This document shows positions 29,553 through 37,703 of a DNA stretch of 64,000 bases, one piece after another. Numbering within the stretch: the first letter of the stretch is position 1; each line of letters opens with the position of its first letter. The position numbers and the translations under genes were made by a program. The DNA is from an uncultured Porphyromonadaceae bacterium. GTDB taxonomy: Bacteria; Bacteroidota; Bacteroidia; Bacteroidales; UBA11471. The notes below the pieces were generated by a model, which ran no database searches, was not told the DNA's origin, and worked only from the letters and a program-made list of their open reading frames with translations. The stretch covers positions 53,628 through 117,627 of the forward strand of contig URHG01000001.1 of the NCBI GenBank assembly GCA_900547555.1, in the 5' to 3' direction.

Positions 29553-31085
29553 TTACAATTTCCAGTTATCGGTACGGAACGGTGTCGCCGGCAATCCTTC
29601 CCGGTTGTAGAAATTGACCCGGAAAAACTTATCCCACCCGTAACGCACCGCCACGGGCGACGACACTCGGGGCGACGATACTTCGACCTTGTCGCCTCTG
29701 ATAACGGCCTCTGCCGGATAGAACACACCATCGTCGCCGGCTATGACAAAGCCTTTGAGGGGTTGCCCTTTGGAGTCGAGCCCCGACCCCGTATAATCGA
29801 ACGACAACTCGGCTACGCCTCCCTTCACCGACATGCTCTTATACACAGGTCCCATATACGGCACATCGATGCCGTAATCGTGCGACAAGGCCCAGTATGC
29901 GAGACGCTCTCCGGGAATGACTTTGTTGCGAGGGTGAATGTTGGTCGAGTCGCCCGCATCGGTAATAACAGCCATACCGGTATTTTTCACCGTCTGCCAT
30001 GTGCGCAGTTGCCCTTCGCGCAGGGTCGGCGATTGTTTGCGATAGGGCGCTATCTGCACGAAATAGAAAGGGAAATCGCCTTGTTTCCACTCGGTCCGCC
30101 AACTGCGGATAAGATTGGTAAACACCATCTGGTAATCGGCCGCCCGACTGTCGTTGCTCTCGCCCTGATACCAGATAACGCCTTTGATGGTATAAGGCAA
30201 TATGGGGTTGATCATGCCGTTCCAGAGGGTCGACATACGCAGATTGTCGTTGAGCTTCTTTGCTTTGGCGGGAGCTTTCAGTACGGTATCGGGATTGATG
30301 GCTTTGGCCGTTCTATAAGCGGCCATTTCCCGCTCATACCGCTTTTTCTCGGCCGGAGCATTCTCGATAATGCTTTTTTGCTCCGCCCGTAAATTGTCGT
30401 AGTAAACACCCTGCATGGCCTCTTTCTTGGTCCACGACTCGGCATGAGTGCCGCCCCACGTCGACTGTATAAGCCCTACGGGGCGGTGTATTTCATTATG
30501 TATCTTGCGGCCGAAAATAAATCCGACGGCCGAAAAACGGGCAGCGGTCGCCGGGGTACAAACTTCCCACACGCCGATGCAATCATCAGTGGGAGCATCG
30601 GGTGCCAACTGGTGTTCGACCCTGAAAAAACGGATCTCGGGATAGTCGGCGTTCCGCAACTCCTCCTTGACGGTGGTCATGGCGTTTTTCCACCGGCTGG
30701 TCGTATCGCGGTCTACGGGAAACTCCATATTGGATTGCCCCGAACAAAGCCACACTTCCCCGATAAGGACATTCTTTATCTCGACGGTATTACGACCTTT
30801 CACGGTCAGTGATACGGGATCGGACGAAGCGACCGGCGTAGCGACTTCGACTTGCCAACTGCTGTCGGCAGCGGCGACGGTCTTCTGTTTTTTGCGACTC
30901 CACGAAACAGAGACGGTGATTTTTTCACCGGGCGCGGCTTTTCCCCAAATACGGGCACGGGTATTCTGTTGCAACACCATATTATCGGACAAAACGGCCG
31001 GGAGTTTTACGTCGGCTTTTGCTCCCGAAAACGAAAGTAAAAAGAAAAACAGAGCGAGAGAAAATGTGATTGCAGGTGCTTTCAT
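29553..31085 (-). CDS. SASA-family (sialate O-acetylesterase-like) carbohydrate esterase
   Basis: 510 aa with a signal peptide. GEVWLCSGQSNMEF and GVIWYQGESN blocks are present. It is the first gene of a two-gene unit with GH105b (23-nt gap). Confidence 0.8.
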   Translation of the reverse strand: MKAPAITFSLALFFFLLSFSGAKADVKLPAVLSDNMVLQQNTRARIWGKAAPGEKITVSVSWSRKKQKTVAAADSSWQVEVATPVASSDPVSLTVKGRNTVEIKNVLIGEVWLCSGQSNMEFPVDRDTTSRWKNAMTTVKEELRNADYPEIRFFRVEHQLAPDAPTDDCIGVWEVCTPATAARFSAVGFIFGRKIHNEIHRPVGLIQSTWGGTHAESWTKKEAMQGVYYDNLRAEQKSIIENAPAEKKRYEREMAAYRTAKAINPDTVLKAPAKAKKLNDNLRMSTLWNGMINPILPYTIKGVIWYQGESNDSRAADYQMVFTNLIRSWRTEWKQGDFPFYFVQIAPYRKQSPTLREGQLRTWQTVKNTGMAVITDAGDSTNIHPRNKVIPGERLAYWALSHDYGIDVPYMGPVYKSMSVKGGVAELSFDYTGSGLDSKGQPLKGFVIAGDDGVFYPAEAVIRGDKVEVSSPRVSSPVAVRYGWDKFFRVNFYNREGLPATPFRTDNWKL

Positions 31086-31164
31086 CGGTATTTCTTAAAT
31101 TAATGTCTGCAACCGAAAGGAAGGATAAAAACGAAATCCTACCCCAGCCTGTCGGCAGACAAGG

Positions 31165-31172
31165 CAAAGGTA
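31165..31172 (-). promoter_or_regulatory. Candidate -7 box (TACCTTTG) for the SASA esterase-GH105b unit
   Basis: TAnnTTTG match 80 nt upstream of the ATG at 31085, between the gene and array 2. Confidence 0.35.
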
Positions 31173-31257
31173 GGTATTTCCTTATAAATTACCAAACGGC
31201 TGTCCTTTGCGGTAAATAGGTCTGATAACATCTCGTACAAAACGCGCCATTCGGCGT

Positions 31258-32304
31258 GAGATTCTTCGGGGTTAACACCCCCTCAGAATGACACTCCTGT
31301 CATCTCGAACGAAAGTGAGAGATCTTATACGAAATGCACTATTTGGCAGGAGATTCTTCGACACTTCGCGTCTCAGAATGACATCACATTGCAGGGACAG
31401 TACCACATGTCAAAAGATTCTTCCTTCCTGCGGTCGACAGAATGACATACGTGTCATTCCGAACCGACGCCAAGCCGAGTGCCGTGCAGAACATTTCTGT
31501 TCATGCACAGCCGAGGCGCGAAGGAGGAAAACATAGTTAACCGAAGCGATAGGCTGAGTGTGAGGAATCCCCGACTCTCTATTGGTTGAGATTCTTCATT
31601 ACACTTCGTTTCATTCAGAATGACAGTTGTCTGTTACTTCTTTCCCGCCGCAAAGAAGTAACCAAGAAAGGTCGCCCGCTTGTTATCGGGTATTCCCGCC
31701 CTCTGCTTCGGTCGCTGTCGGGGGCTGCGGAACTCGCTCCGCTCAAACACTCCTCGCCCTCTTTCCGCCTTCTCCCTCGCTCCCGGCAGCCCGATAAATG
31801 CGGACATGCTTGTGCTCCATGCAATTGGCGTTTGTTCGTAAAGCGACAAGGCATCACCGGTCGGAGGTGTTCCTCTGTTACTCAAATGTCATTTCGAACC
31901 GAGGTCGAAGACCGAGTGTGAGGAATCCCAATCTATTTATGTGGGGTATAGATTCTTCATTTCGCTTGCGCTGCATTCAGAATGATAGCGTTTTGGTGAT
32001 AGCCTAATGTCATTCCGAACGCATGTGAGGAATCTCATGCCATACACGCACTTCGTAGGAGATTCTTCGACGCTCCGCATCTCAGAATGACATCGTACTG
32101 GTAGGGCAGTACTGTATGGAAAGAGAATCTTCACTTCACTGACGTTCCGTTCAGAATGACAATTGTACTGCAACGGCAGCATTGTGTGGCAAGGGATTCT
32201 TCCTCCCTGCGGTTGTCAGAATGACATACGTTTTTAGGGTAAGATTTTTCACTATTGTTCAGAATGACAATTATGTGGTATGAGGGAATGCGCTTCGTTC
32301 GGAA
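31258..32304. repeat. Array 2 of the same palindrome family (~13 copies), overall inverted relative to arrays 1, 3 and 4
   Basis: Examples are GAGATTCTTCGGGGTTAACACCCCCTCAGAATGAC starting at 31258 and, further on, GTCATTCCGAACGCATGTGAGGAATCTC. The array ends 9 nt from the queF stop codon. Confidence 0.9.
31625..31852 (-). repeat. Element B, copy 2 (reverse orientation)
   Basis: The reverse complement reads ...GCCTTGTCGCTTTACGAACAAACGCCAATTGCATGG...GTCCGCATTTATCGGG...CCCGATAACAAGCGGGCG...GGTTACTTCTTTGCGGCGGGAAAGAAGTAACAGACAACT. Confidence 0.88.
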
Positions 32305-32312
32305 AAGTAAGT

Positions 32313-33227
32313 TTACTGACGGGGCGATTTTATGGCAAGGCGGTCGAAGCGGACAATATGCGGACAAAAACGGTCGATAAGTTCTTTCCTGCTGGCTCTC
32401 ACGGGATTGATGTCGATACCGCCCCGACGTGTGTAAAAGGCCATGACCAGCAATTTCTCGGGCGAAAAATGCGATTGTAAGGCTTCATAAATCATTTCGA
32501 CCACCTCTTCATGGAAATGGTTCTCATCGCGGAAAGAGACGATATACCGCAGCAAGGCATCGACCGAGGGCAATCGGTCGCCCCGCATGTGGAGGTAAAG
32601 ATCGCCCCAGTCGGGCTGGGACGTTATCTTACAACGGCTGCGCAGCAGATCGGTCATACCCGTCAGTACACCGCTACCGGTGCGGTTGTCGTGCAGCAGA
32701 TCGACATCTTCCTTGTAAGACGCGAGCGGGGCGGACGAGAGTTCATCGACGCCCCAATACGCCCATTCTACCGGCGGTTCGCATACACAGCCCGGCGATG
32801 TTACCGTATGTCGCGCGGCTTCACGAGGCGTTTCCGCAACGACTTCGACCCGGGTTTCGAGCAGAGCCGAGAGGTCGTGTGCTATCGTGGCCGACAAGAA
32901 ACCGGCTACTTCGGCGGTCGTAGCCCCGCAATGGGACATGTTGAATGCATTCAAGTATAGTTTCAGCGATTTGCTTTCGACAATATAACGGCTTTCGCAG
33001 GGATAGAGCAGTCGCATGATGAAGTTGACCGGCGCACCGACATCGGTGAGTGCGCTCACTTCGTATGCGTTCCACAGGTCGAAACCGGTGAACGGCAAAT
33101 GAGCTTCGTCGATGTGATGAGCCGTCCGGTTTCCGGCACGGTCCACACGGACAAGAATATCAGGAGAATAACGATCGGGATAAGCCACTTGGCGACCTAA
33201 AACGTGATGCGTCGAATTGGAGTTCAT
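32313..33227 (-). CDS. queF: NADPH-dependent 7-cyano-7-deazaguanine (preQ0) reductase, bimodular type
   Basis: 304 aa, collinear with E. coli QueF. Matching blocks are ESKSLKLYLNAFN, ITSQPDWGDL, LLRYIVSFRDENHFHE and YTRRGGIDINP. Confidence 0.9.
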   Translation of the reverse strand: MNSNSTHHVLGRQVAYPDRYSPDILVRVDRAGNRTAHHIDEAHLPFTGFDLWNAYEVSALTDVGAPVNFIMRLLYPCESRYIVESKSLKLYLNAFNMSHCGATTAEVAGFLSATIAHDLSALLETRVEVVAETPREAARHTVTSPGCVCEPPVEWAYWGVDELSSAPLASYKEDVDLLHDNRTGSGVLTGMTDLLRSRCKITSQPDWGDLYLHMRGDRLPSVDALLRYIVSFRDENHFHEEVVEMIYEALQSHFSPEKLLVMAFYTRRGGIDINPVRASRKELIDRFCPHIVRFDRLAIKSPRQ

Positions 33228-33238
33228 AGGCGGTATTT

Positions 33239-34459
33239 TTAAGGCAGGAGCAACGAACTGTCTCCATAACTGAGAAATCGGAAATCGTGCGCCAGTGCAT
33301 AGTCATAGACCTCGTGCCAACGGTCGCCGATAAGTGCCGACACGAGCAGCAGCAACGTGCTGCGCGGCTGGTGGAAATTGGTAACGAGCCCTTGCACGAT
33401 GTGCCAACGATAACCCGGAACGATGATGATGCGGGTTGCCGATACGAGCCGGTCGAGATTCCGACGGTCGAGATAGTCGACGAGAGCGAGCAAGGCCTCC
33501 CGGGGGGAGACGTCGGGCGTACCGTCATAGGGTTGCCACTGCTCCACAACGAGCCGGTCGGCTGTTGCTTCGGGGTCATGTACGAGCGTACGTCCCATAT
33601 AGTAAAGGCTTTCGAGCGTACGCACCGACGTGGTACCTACGGCAATGATGCGCCGGGTCGTGGAGGCAAGAGCCGACAGTGTCTCACGGGAAACCGAGAT
33701 ATACTCGGTATGCATCTCGTGGCCGGCGATGGTTTTGCTTTTTACCGGCTTGAATGTCCCTGCCCCGACATGCAAGGTAAGTTCGAGACGGGGGATTCCT
33801 TTTTTCTGCAAAGCCGTAAAGACTTCGGGCGTGAAGTGCAGGCCGGCCGTAGGAGCGGCGACCGAGCCTTCGACATGGGAATAGACCGTCTGATACGTCT
33901 CTTTGTCGCTCTCTTCGGTCGCCCGGTTGAGATAAGGCGGTATGGGCAGTTCGCCGAAGGCTTCGAGCAGGGAGGCAAAGGTAATGCCCTCGTTGTCCCA
34001 CGAGAAACGTATTTCGTGAGTCTCGCTGTCGGTGTGGTCCTGCCGTTCGGCATGGAGGGTTACTTCCCGTCCTTCGACCGACAGAGTTCGGGACAGCCGT
34101 CCGGTTTTCCATTTACGCAAGTTCCCCACCAAGCAACGCCATACGCAGCTTTCCGTCGCTTGGAACGACATCAGGTAGTCGCACGGATCCAGCGGTTCGA
34201 GACAGAAAATCTCGATGAGCGCGCCGGTCTCTTTCCGGAAATGCAGACGGGCCTGAATCACACGGGTGTTGTTACACACGAGCAGAGAATCGTCCGGCAG
34301 CAATTCGGGCAATCGGTTGAATGTCGATTCCGAAATCTGTCCGCTTCTATAAAACAGCAATTTCGATGCGTCGCGACGGGCGAGAGGATATTTGGCGATT
34401 CGTTCGTCGGGCAACGGGTAGTCATACTCGTCGATGCGGATATCTTGTGGTTTTTGCAT
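33239..34459 (-). CDS. queA: S-adenosylmethionine:tRNA ribosyltransferase-isomerase
   Basis: The track ORF begins at a non-ATG codon. I trimmed it to the ATG giving MQKPQDIRIDEYDYPLPDERIAKYPL. CNNTRVIQARL, AAPTAGLHFT and VGAGTF are QueA blocks. Confidence 0.92.
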   Translation of the reverse strand: MQKPQDIRIDEYDYPLPDERIAKYPLARRDASKLLFYRSGQISESTFNRLPELLPDDSLLVCNNTRVIQARLHFRKETGALIEIFCLEPLDPCDYLMSFQATESCVWRCLVGNLRKWKTGRLSRTLSVEGREVTLHAERQDHTDSETHEIRFSWDNEGITFASLLEAFGELPIPPYLNRATEESDKETYQTVYSHVEGSVAAPTAGLHFTPEVFTALQKKGIPRLELTLHVGAGTFKPVKSKTIAGHEMHTEYISVSRETLSALASTTRRIIAVGTTSVRTLESLYYMGRTLVHDPEATADRLVVEQWQPYDGTPDVSPREALLALVDYLDRRNLDRLVSATRIIIVPGYRWHIVQGLVTNFHQPRSTLLLLVSALIGDRWHEVYDYALAHDFRFLSYGDSSLLLP

Positions 34460-34512
34460 ATACAATGTTGAATATCTCTGCAAAAATAAGCATCTTTGTG
34501 CTATAAAACCGA

Positions 34513-35592
34513 ATGATTATGGTAAAAGTAGGAGATAAAGTGCGCTTCCTCAACGCTGTGGGCGGAGGAATCGTGCGCCGCATAGACCACGACGTGGTAC
34601 TCGTCGAGGAGGAAGACGGATTCGAGACACCGGTACTTGCCCGCGAATGTGTCGTCATAGAGAGCGGACGCAAACAGGATAACGGTGTCGTCCCGACCGA
34701 TAAGCAGGAAATCGCCCGGCACGCGGCGAGACCGGTCGTTCCCCGACCGGCAGACGATGACGACGAACCCGAACTGCCGCTCGTTGAGACCCGGAAGGGT
34801 GAACGAATCAGCCTCTATTTGGCGTTCGTTCCCGAATCGTGCAGTCGGTTGGGTTCGACGACATTCGATGCTTATCTCATCAACGACAGTAATTATTACC
34901 TCGATTATCTGTATGCCGGCTCGGACGAGACGGGCGAGTGGACGATGTACAGCCGGGGAACGGTGGAACCCAATGTACAGGTGCATCTCGAAAGTTTCGG
35001 TCAGGACTCGGTCAACCGTTTTGGGCGTATCTCGGTGCAAGCCGTTGCTTACAAACGCGGGAAATCCTATGTCTGCAAAGAACCTGTCTCGACTGTTTTA
35101 CGCATCGATCCCGTGAAATTTTATAAATTACACACTTTCGGCACGAGTGAATTTTTCGAGGAGAAAGCGTGGGTGCTCCCGCTTGTCGAGAACGATCTTC
35201 CCGTCATGGATATTCCGGTCGACGCCAAGTCGCTCGAAAGAGCCATGCAGGAAAAGACCGTGCCGCAGCCGCAAACTCCCAAGCCCGCCCGGCACAAGCA
35301 GCCCAAAGAAGGCCCGGTCGAGGTCGACTTGCACATACACGAGTTGGTCGATACGACCGCCGGAATGAGCAACGCCGATATGCTGCAATTGCAGTTGCAG
35401 ACATTTCGCGATACGCTCGACCGATACAAGGGAGAGAAAGGCCGGAAAATCGTGTTTATTCACGGTAAAGGCGACGGCGTGTTGCGCCGAGCCATACTCG
35501 AAGAGTTGCAACGGAAATACAAAAATTACGAGTATCAGGACGCCTCGTTCCGGGAATACGGTTTCGGGGCGACGCAGGTAACGATACGTTAG
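34513..35592 (+). CDS. DUF2027-like protein with a C-terminal Smr (small MutS-related) domain
   Basis: 359 aa. The C-terminus VDLHIHELV...KIVFIHGKGDGVLRRAILEEL is the Smr signature. Confidence 0.75.
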   Translation: MIMVKVGDKVRFLNAVGGGIVRRIDHDVVLVEEEDGFETPVLARECVVIESGRKQDNGVVPTDKQEIARHAARPVVPRPADDDDEPELPLVETRKGERISLYLAFVPESCSRLGSTTFDAYLINDSNYYLDYLYAGSDETGEWTMYSRGTVEPNVQVHLESFGQDSVNRFGRISVQAVAYKRGKSYVCKEPVSTVLRIDPVKFYKLHTFGTSEFFEEKAWVLPLVENDLPVMDIPVDAKSLERAMQEKTVPQPQTPKPARHKQPKEGPVEVDLHIHELVDTTAGMSNADMLQLQLQTFRDTLDRYKGEKGRKIVFIHGKGDGVLRRAILEELQRKYKNYEYQDASFREYGFGATQVTIR

Positions 35593-35694
35593 GAAGCGTT
35601 TCGGCCGACGCAGGGCGATGCGACCGTCGTACTCACGAATGCGGGCGCGGCATGAAATCTTGCATCGGCAGAAGAAAATAACTGCGGAATGTCG

Positions 35695-35702
35695 TATATT
35701 TG
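35695..35702 (+). promoter_or_regulatory. Candidate -7 box (TATATTTG) for hisS
   Basis: TAnnTTTG match 31 nt upstream of ATG 35733. It overlaps the TTG start used by the ORF track. Confidence 0.45.
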
Positions 35703-35732
35703 CAATATCATCTTACATATCGAAAAAATTAC

Positions 35733-37097
35733 ATGGCAACAAAACCTTCCATACCCAAAGGAACCAGAGACTTTTCGCCCGAGGAGATGGCGAAACGCAA
35801 CTATATTTTCAACACGATACGCGAAGTATTTCACCTTTTCGGCTTCCAGCAGATAGAGACGCCCGCTATGGAAAATCTCTCCACGCTCATGGGGAAATAC
35901 GGCGAAGAGGGAGACAAATTGCTTTTCAAGGTATTGAACTCGGGCGATTTCCTTTCCGATGTTTCCGACGAGGAACTGACGGAGCGGAATACCAACCGGC
36001 TGGCATCGAAATTTTGCGAGAAAGGTTTGCGCTACGACCTTACCGTGCCGTTTGCCCGCTTCGTGGTGATGCACCGGGGAGAGCTTTCATTCCCTTTCAA
36101 ACGCTACCAGATACAACCCGTATGGCGGGCCGACCGGCCGCAGAAGGGACGCTACCGCGAGTTTTTCCAATGCGATGCCGATGTTGTCGGGTCGGACTCC
36201 CTGCTGAACGAAGTCGAACTGTTGCGCCTTGTCGATGAGGTGTTCTCCCGATTCGGCATACGGGTGGCCGTGAAACTCAACAATCGGAAAATACTCGGCG
36301 GCATTGCCGAAATCATCGGTGCACCCGAGAAAATCGTCGATATTACCGTTGCCATCGATAAACTCGATAAAATAGGTCTCGACAACGTCAATGCGGAATT
36401 GCGCGAAAAAGGCCTCGATGAGACGGCTGTCGCCCGGTTGCAACCCATTATCCTGCTGCAAGGCGATAACCGTGAGAAACTCGCCACATTGCGCACGCAA
36501 CTGGCTGCATCGGAAATCGGAATAAAAGGGATAGAAGAGCTGGAATATATTCTCGATAAGATAGAGAAATCGCCCTTGAAAGCGACACTCGAAATAGACC
36601 TGACACTGGCGCGCGGCCTCAACTACTACACGGGTGCCATCGTAGAGGTGAAAGCACTCGATGTAACGATAGGCAGCATTACCGGCGGCGGCCGTTACGA
36701 CAACCTGACGGGCGTATTCGGCATGCCGGGTGTTTCGGGCGTGGGTATCTCGTTCGGCGCCGATCGTATTTACGACGTACTCAACCAGCTCGATTTGTAC
36801 CCGTCGGACTCACTGTATTCCACCCAGATATTGTTTGTCAACTTCGGAGAAAAAGAGGCGGAGGCCTGCCTCGATTATACGGCCCGCTTGCGGGCATCGG
36901 GTATCCGTGTCGAACTTTACCCCGAGACAGGAAAGCTCAAAAAACAGATGGGTTATGCCGATGCCAAAAAGATTCCTTTCGTTGCCCTTGTGGGTGAAGA
37001 TGAAATTTCGTCGGGAAAAATTACCGTCAAAGACATGTCGGCGGGTACACAGGAGCAGTTATCGATAGAAGAAATCGTTTCCCGCTTGAAACCATGA
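35733..37097 (+). CDS. hisS: Histidine--tRNA ligase
   Basis: Trimmed to [14 protein letters not shown] (ATG at 35733). The track start at 35700 is TTG and overlaps a TATATTTG promoter box. Class II motifs are present: FRYERPQ-like [18 protein letters not shown] and GGGRYDNL. Confidence 0.93.
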   Translation: MATKPSIPKGTRDFSPEEMAKRNYIFNTIREVFHLFGFQQIETPAMENLSTLMGKYGEEGDKLLFKVLNSGDFLSDVSDEELTERNTNRLASKFCEKGLRYDLTVPFARFVVMHRGELSFPFKRYQIQPVWRADRPQKGRYREFFQCDADVVGSDSLLNEVELLRLVDEVFSRFGIRVAVKLNNRKILGGIAEIIGAPEKIVDITVAIDKLDKIGLDNVNAELREKGLDETAVARLQPIILLQGDNREKLATLRTQLAASEIGIKGIEELEYILDKIEKSPLKATLEIDLTLARGLNYYTGAIVEVKALDVTIGSITGGGRYDNLTGVFGMPGVSGVGISFGADRIYDVLNQLDLYPSDSLYSTQILFVNFGEKEAEACLDYTARLRASGIRVELYPETGKLKKQMGYADAKKIPFVALVGEDEISSGKITVKDMSAGTQEQLSIEEIVSRLKP

Positions 37098-37615
37098 ATT
37101 TAAAAATGGAAAAAGAACTGGTTATCGCTCCGGCTTCCGAATCGGACATACCCGAAATACGGCTCATGGCCCGAGAGACTTTTTACCCGACCTATCGGGA
37201 TATTTTGTCGCCCGAGCAGCTCGATTACATGTATGAGTGGATGTACTCCGAAGAAAGCCTGCTGCAACAGATGCACACGGGGCATCGGTTCTTTATTGCC
37301 CGAGACGGTTCGGGTAACGGGGTGGGATATGTTTCAATCGAACAACAGGGCGAACGATTGGTGCATTTGCAAAAAATCTATGTCCGTCCCGACAAGCAGA
37401 AACTTCATGTAGGGAGATCATTGATGGAAAAAGCATTCGATGAAGCGAAGAAACTATTCCCCGACGGACACGGTCGGGTGGAGCTGAATGTCAACAGAAA
37501 AAATCCGGCGCTCTCTTTTTATCGGCACATGGGTATGACTATTGCTTCAAGCGGTGATTTCGACATAGGAAACGGATATTTCATGAATGATTACATCATA
37601 GCGATCGATTTTTGA
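37094..37615 (+). CDS. GNAT family N-acetyltransferase
   Basis: 173 aa. The acetyl-CoA motif A-like [22 protein letters not shown] is present. Its ATG overlaps the hisS stop (ATGA). Confidence 0.8.
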   Translation: MNLKMEKELVIAPASESDIPEIRLMARETFYPTYRDILSPEQLDYMYEWMYSEESLLQQMHTGHRFFIARDGSGNGVGYVSIEQQGERLVHLQKIYVRPDKQKLHVGRSLMEKAFDEAKKLFPDGHGRVELNVNRKNPALSFYRHMGMTIASSGDFDIGNGYFMNDYIIAIDF

Positions 37616-37631
37616 ATGGCCTGTTTTATAA

Positions 37632-37667
37632 AGCGAGGGCTGTATCAGTTTCGATACAGCCCTCGCT
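37632..37667 (+). terminator. Terminator after hisS-GNAT
   Basis: AGCGAGGGCTGTATC-AGTTTC-GATACAGCCCTCGCT is a perfect 15-bp stem followed by CGCTTTTG. Confidence 0.7.
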
Positions 37668-37703
37668 CGCTTTTGCCATTGGAGGAAAAACATGCAACAC
37701 TCG

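Noticed and set aside
28357-29610. 417-aa plus-strand ORF covering the whole GH105b gene
   Set aside because: This is the mirror frame of a well-supported GH105 CDS, and the same antisense artefact applies.
31288-32367. Track ORFs in array 2 (31288..31536, 31586..31921, 31615..31857, 31634..31885, 31798..32007, 31937..32182, 32131..32367)
   Set aside because: The same reasoning applies: these are repeat-derived, mutually overlapping frames.
33287-34471. 394-aa plus-strand ORF covering queA
   Set aside because: It is antisense to a QueA CDS that is collinear with known orthologues. It is Arg/Gly-rich with low complexity.
34501-35040. 179-aa minus-strand ORF, plus several 60-140-aa ORFs overlapping the Smr gene
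   Set aside because: They overlap a CDS that ends in a clear Smr domain, and none has independent support.
35700-35732. TTG-initiated 11-codon extension of hisS
   Set aside because: The TTG overlaps a TATATTTG promoter box, and the conserved HisS N-terminus begins at [14 protein letters not shown].
35589-36622. Minus-strand ORFs (161, 137 and 156 aa) and plus-strand ORF 35618..36238 overlapping hisS
   Set aside because: They overlap a HisS CDS that has class II synthetase motifs, and they have no independent support.
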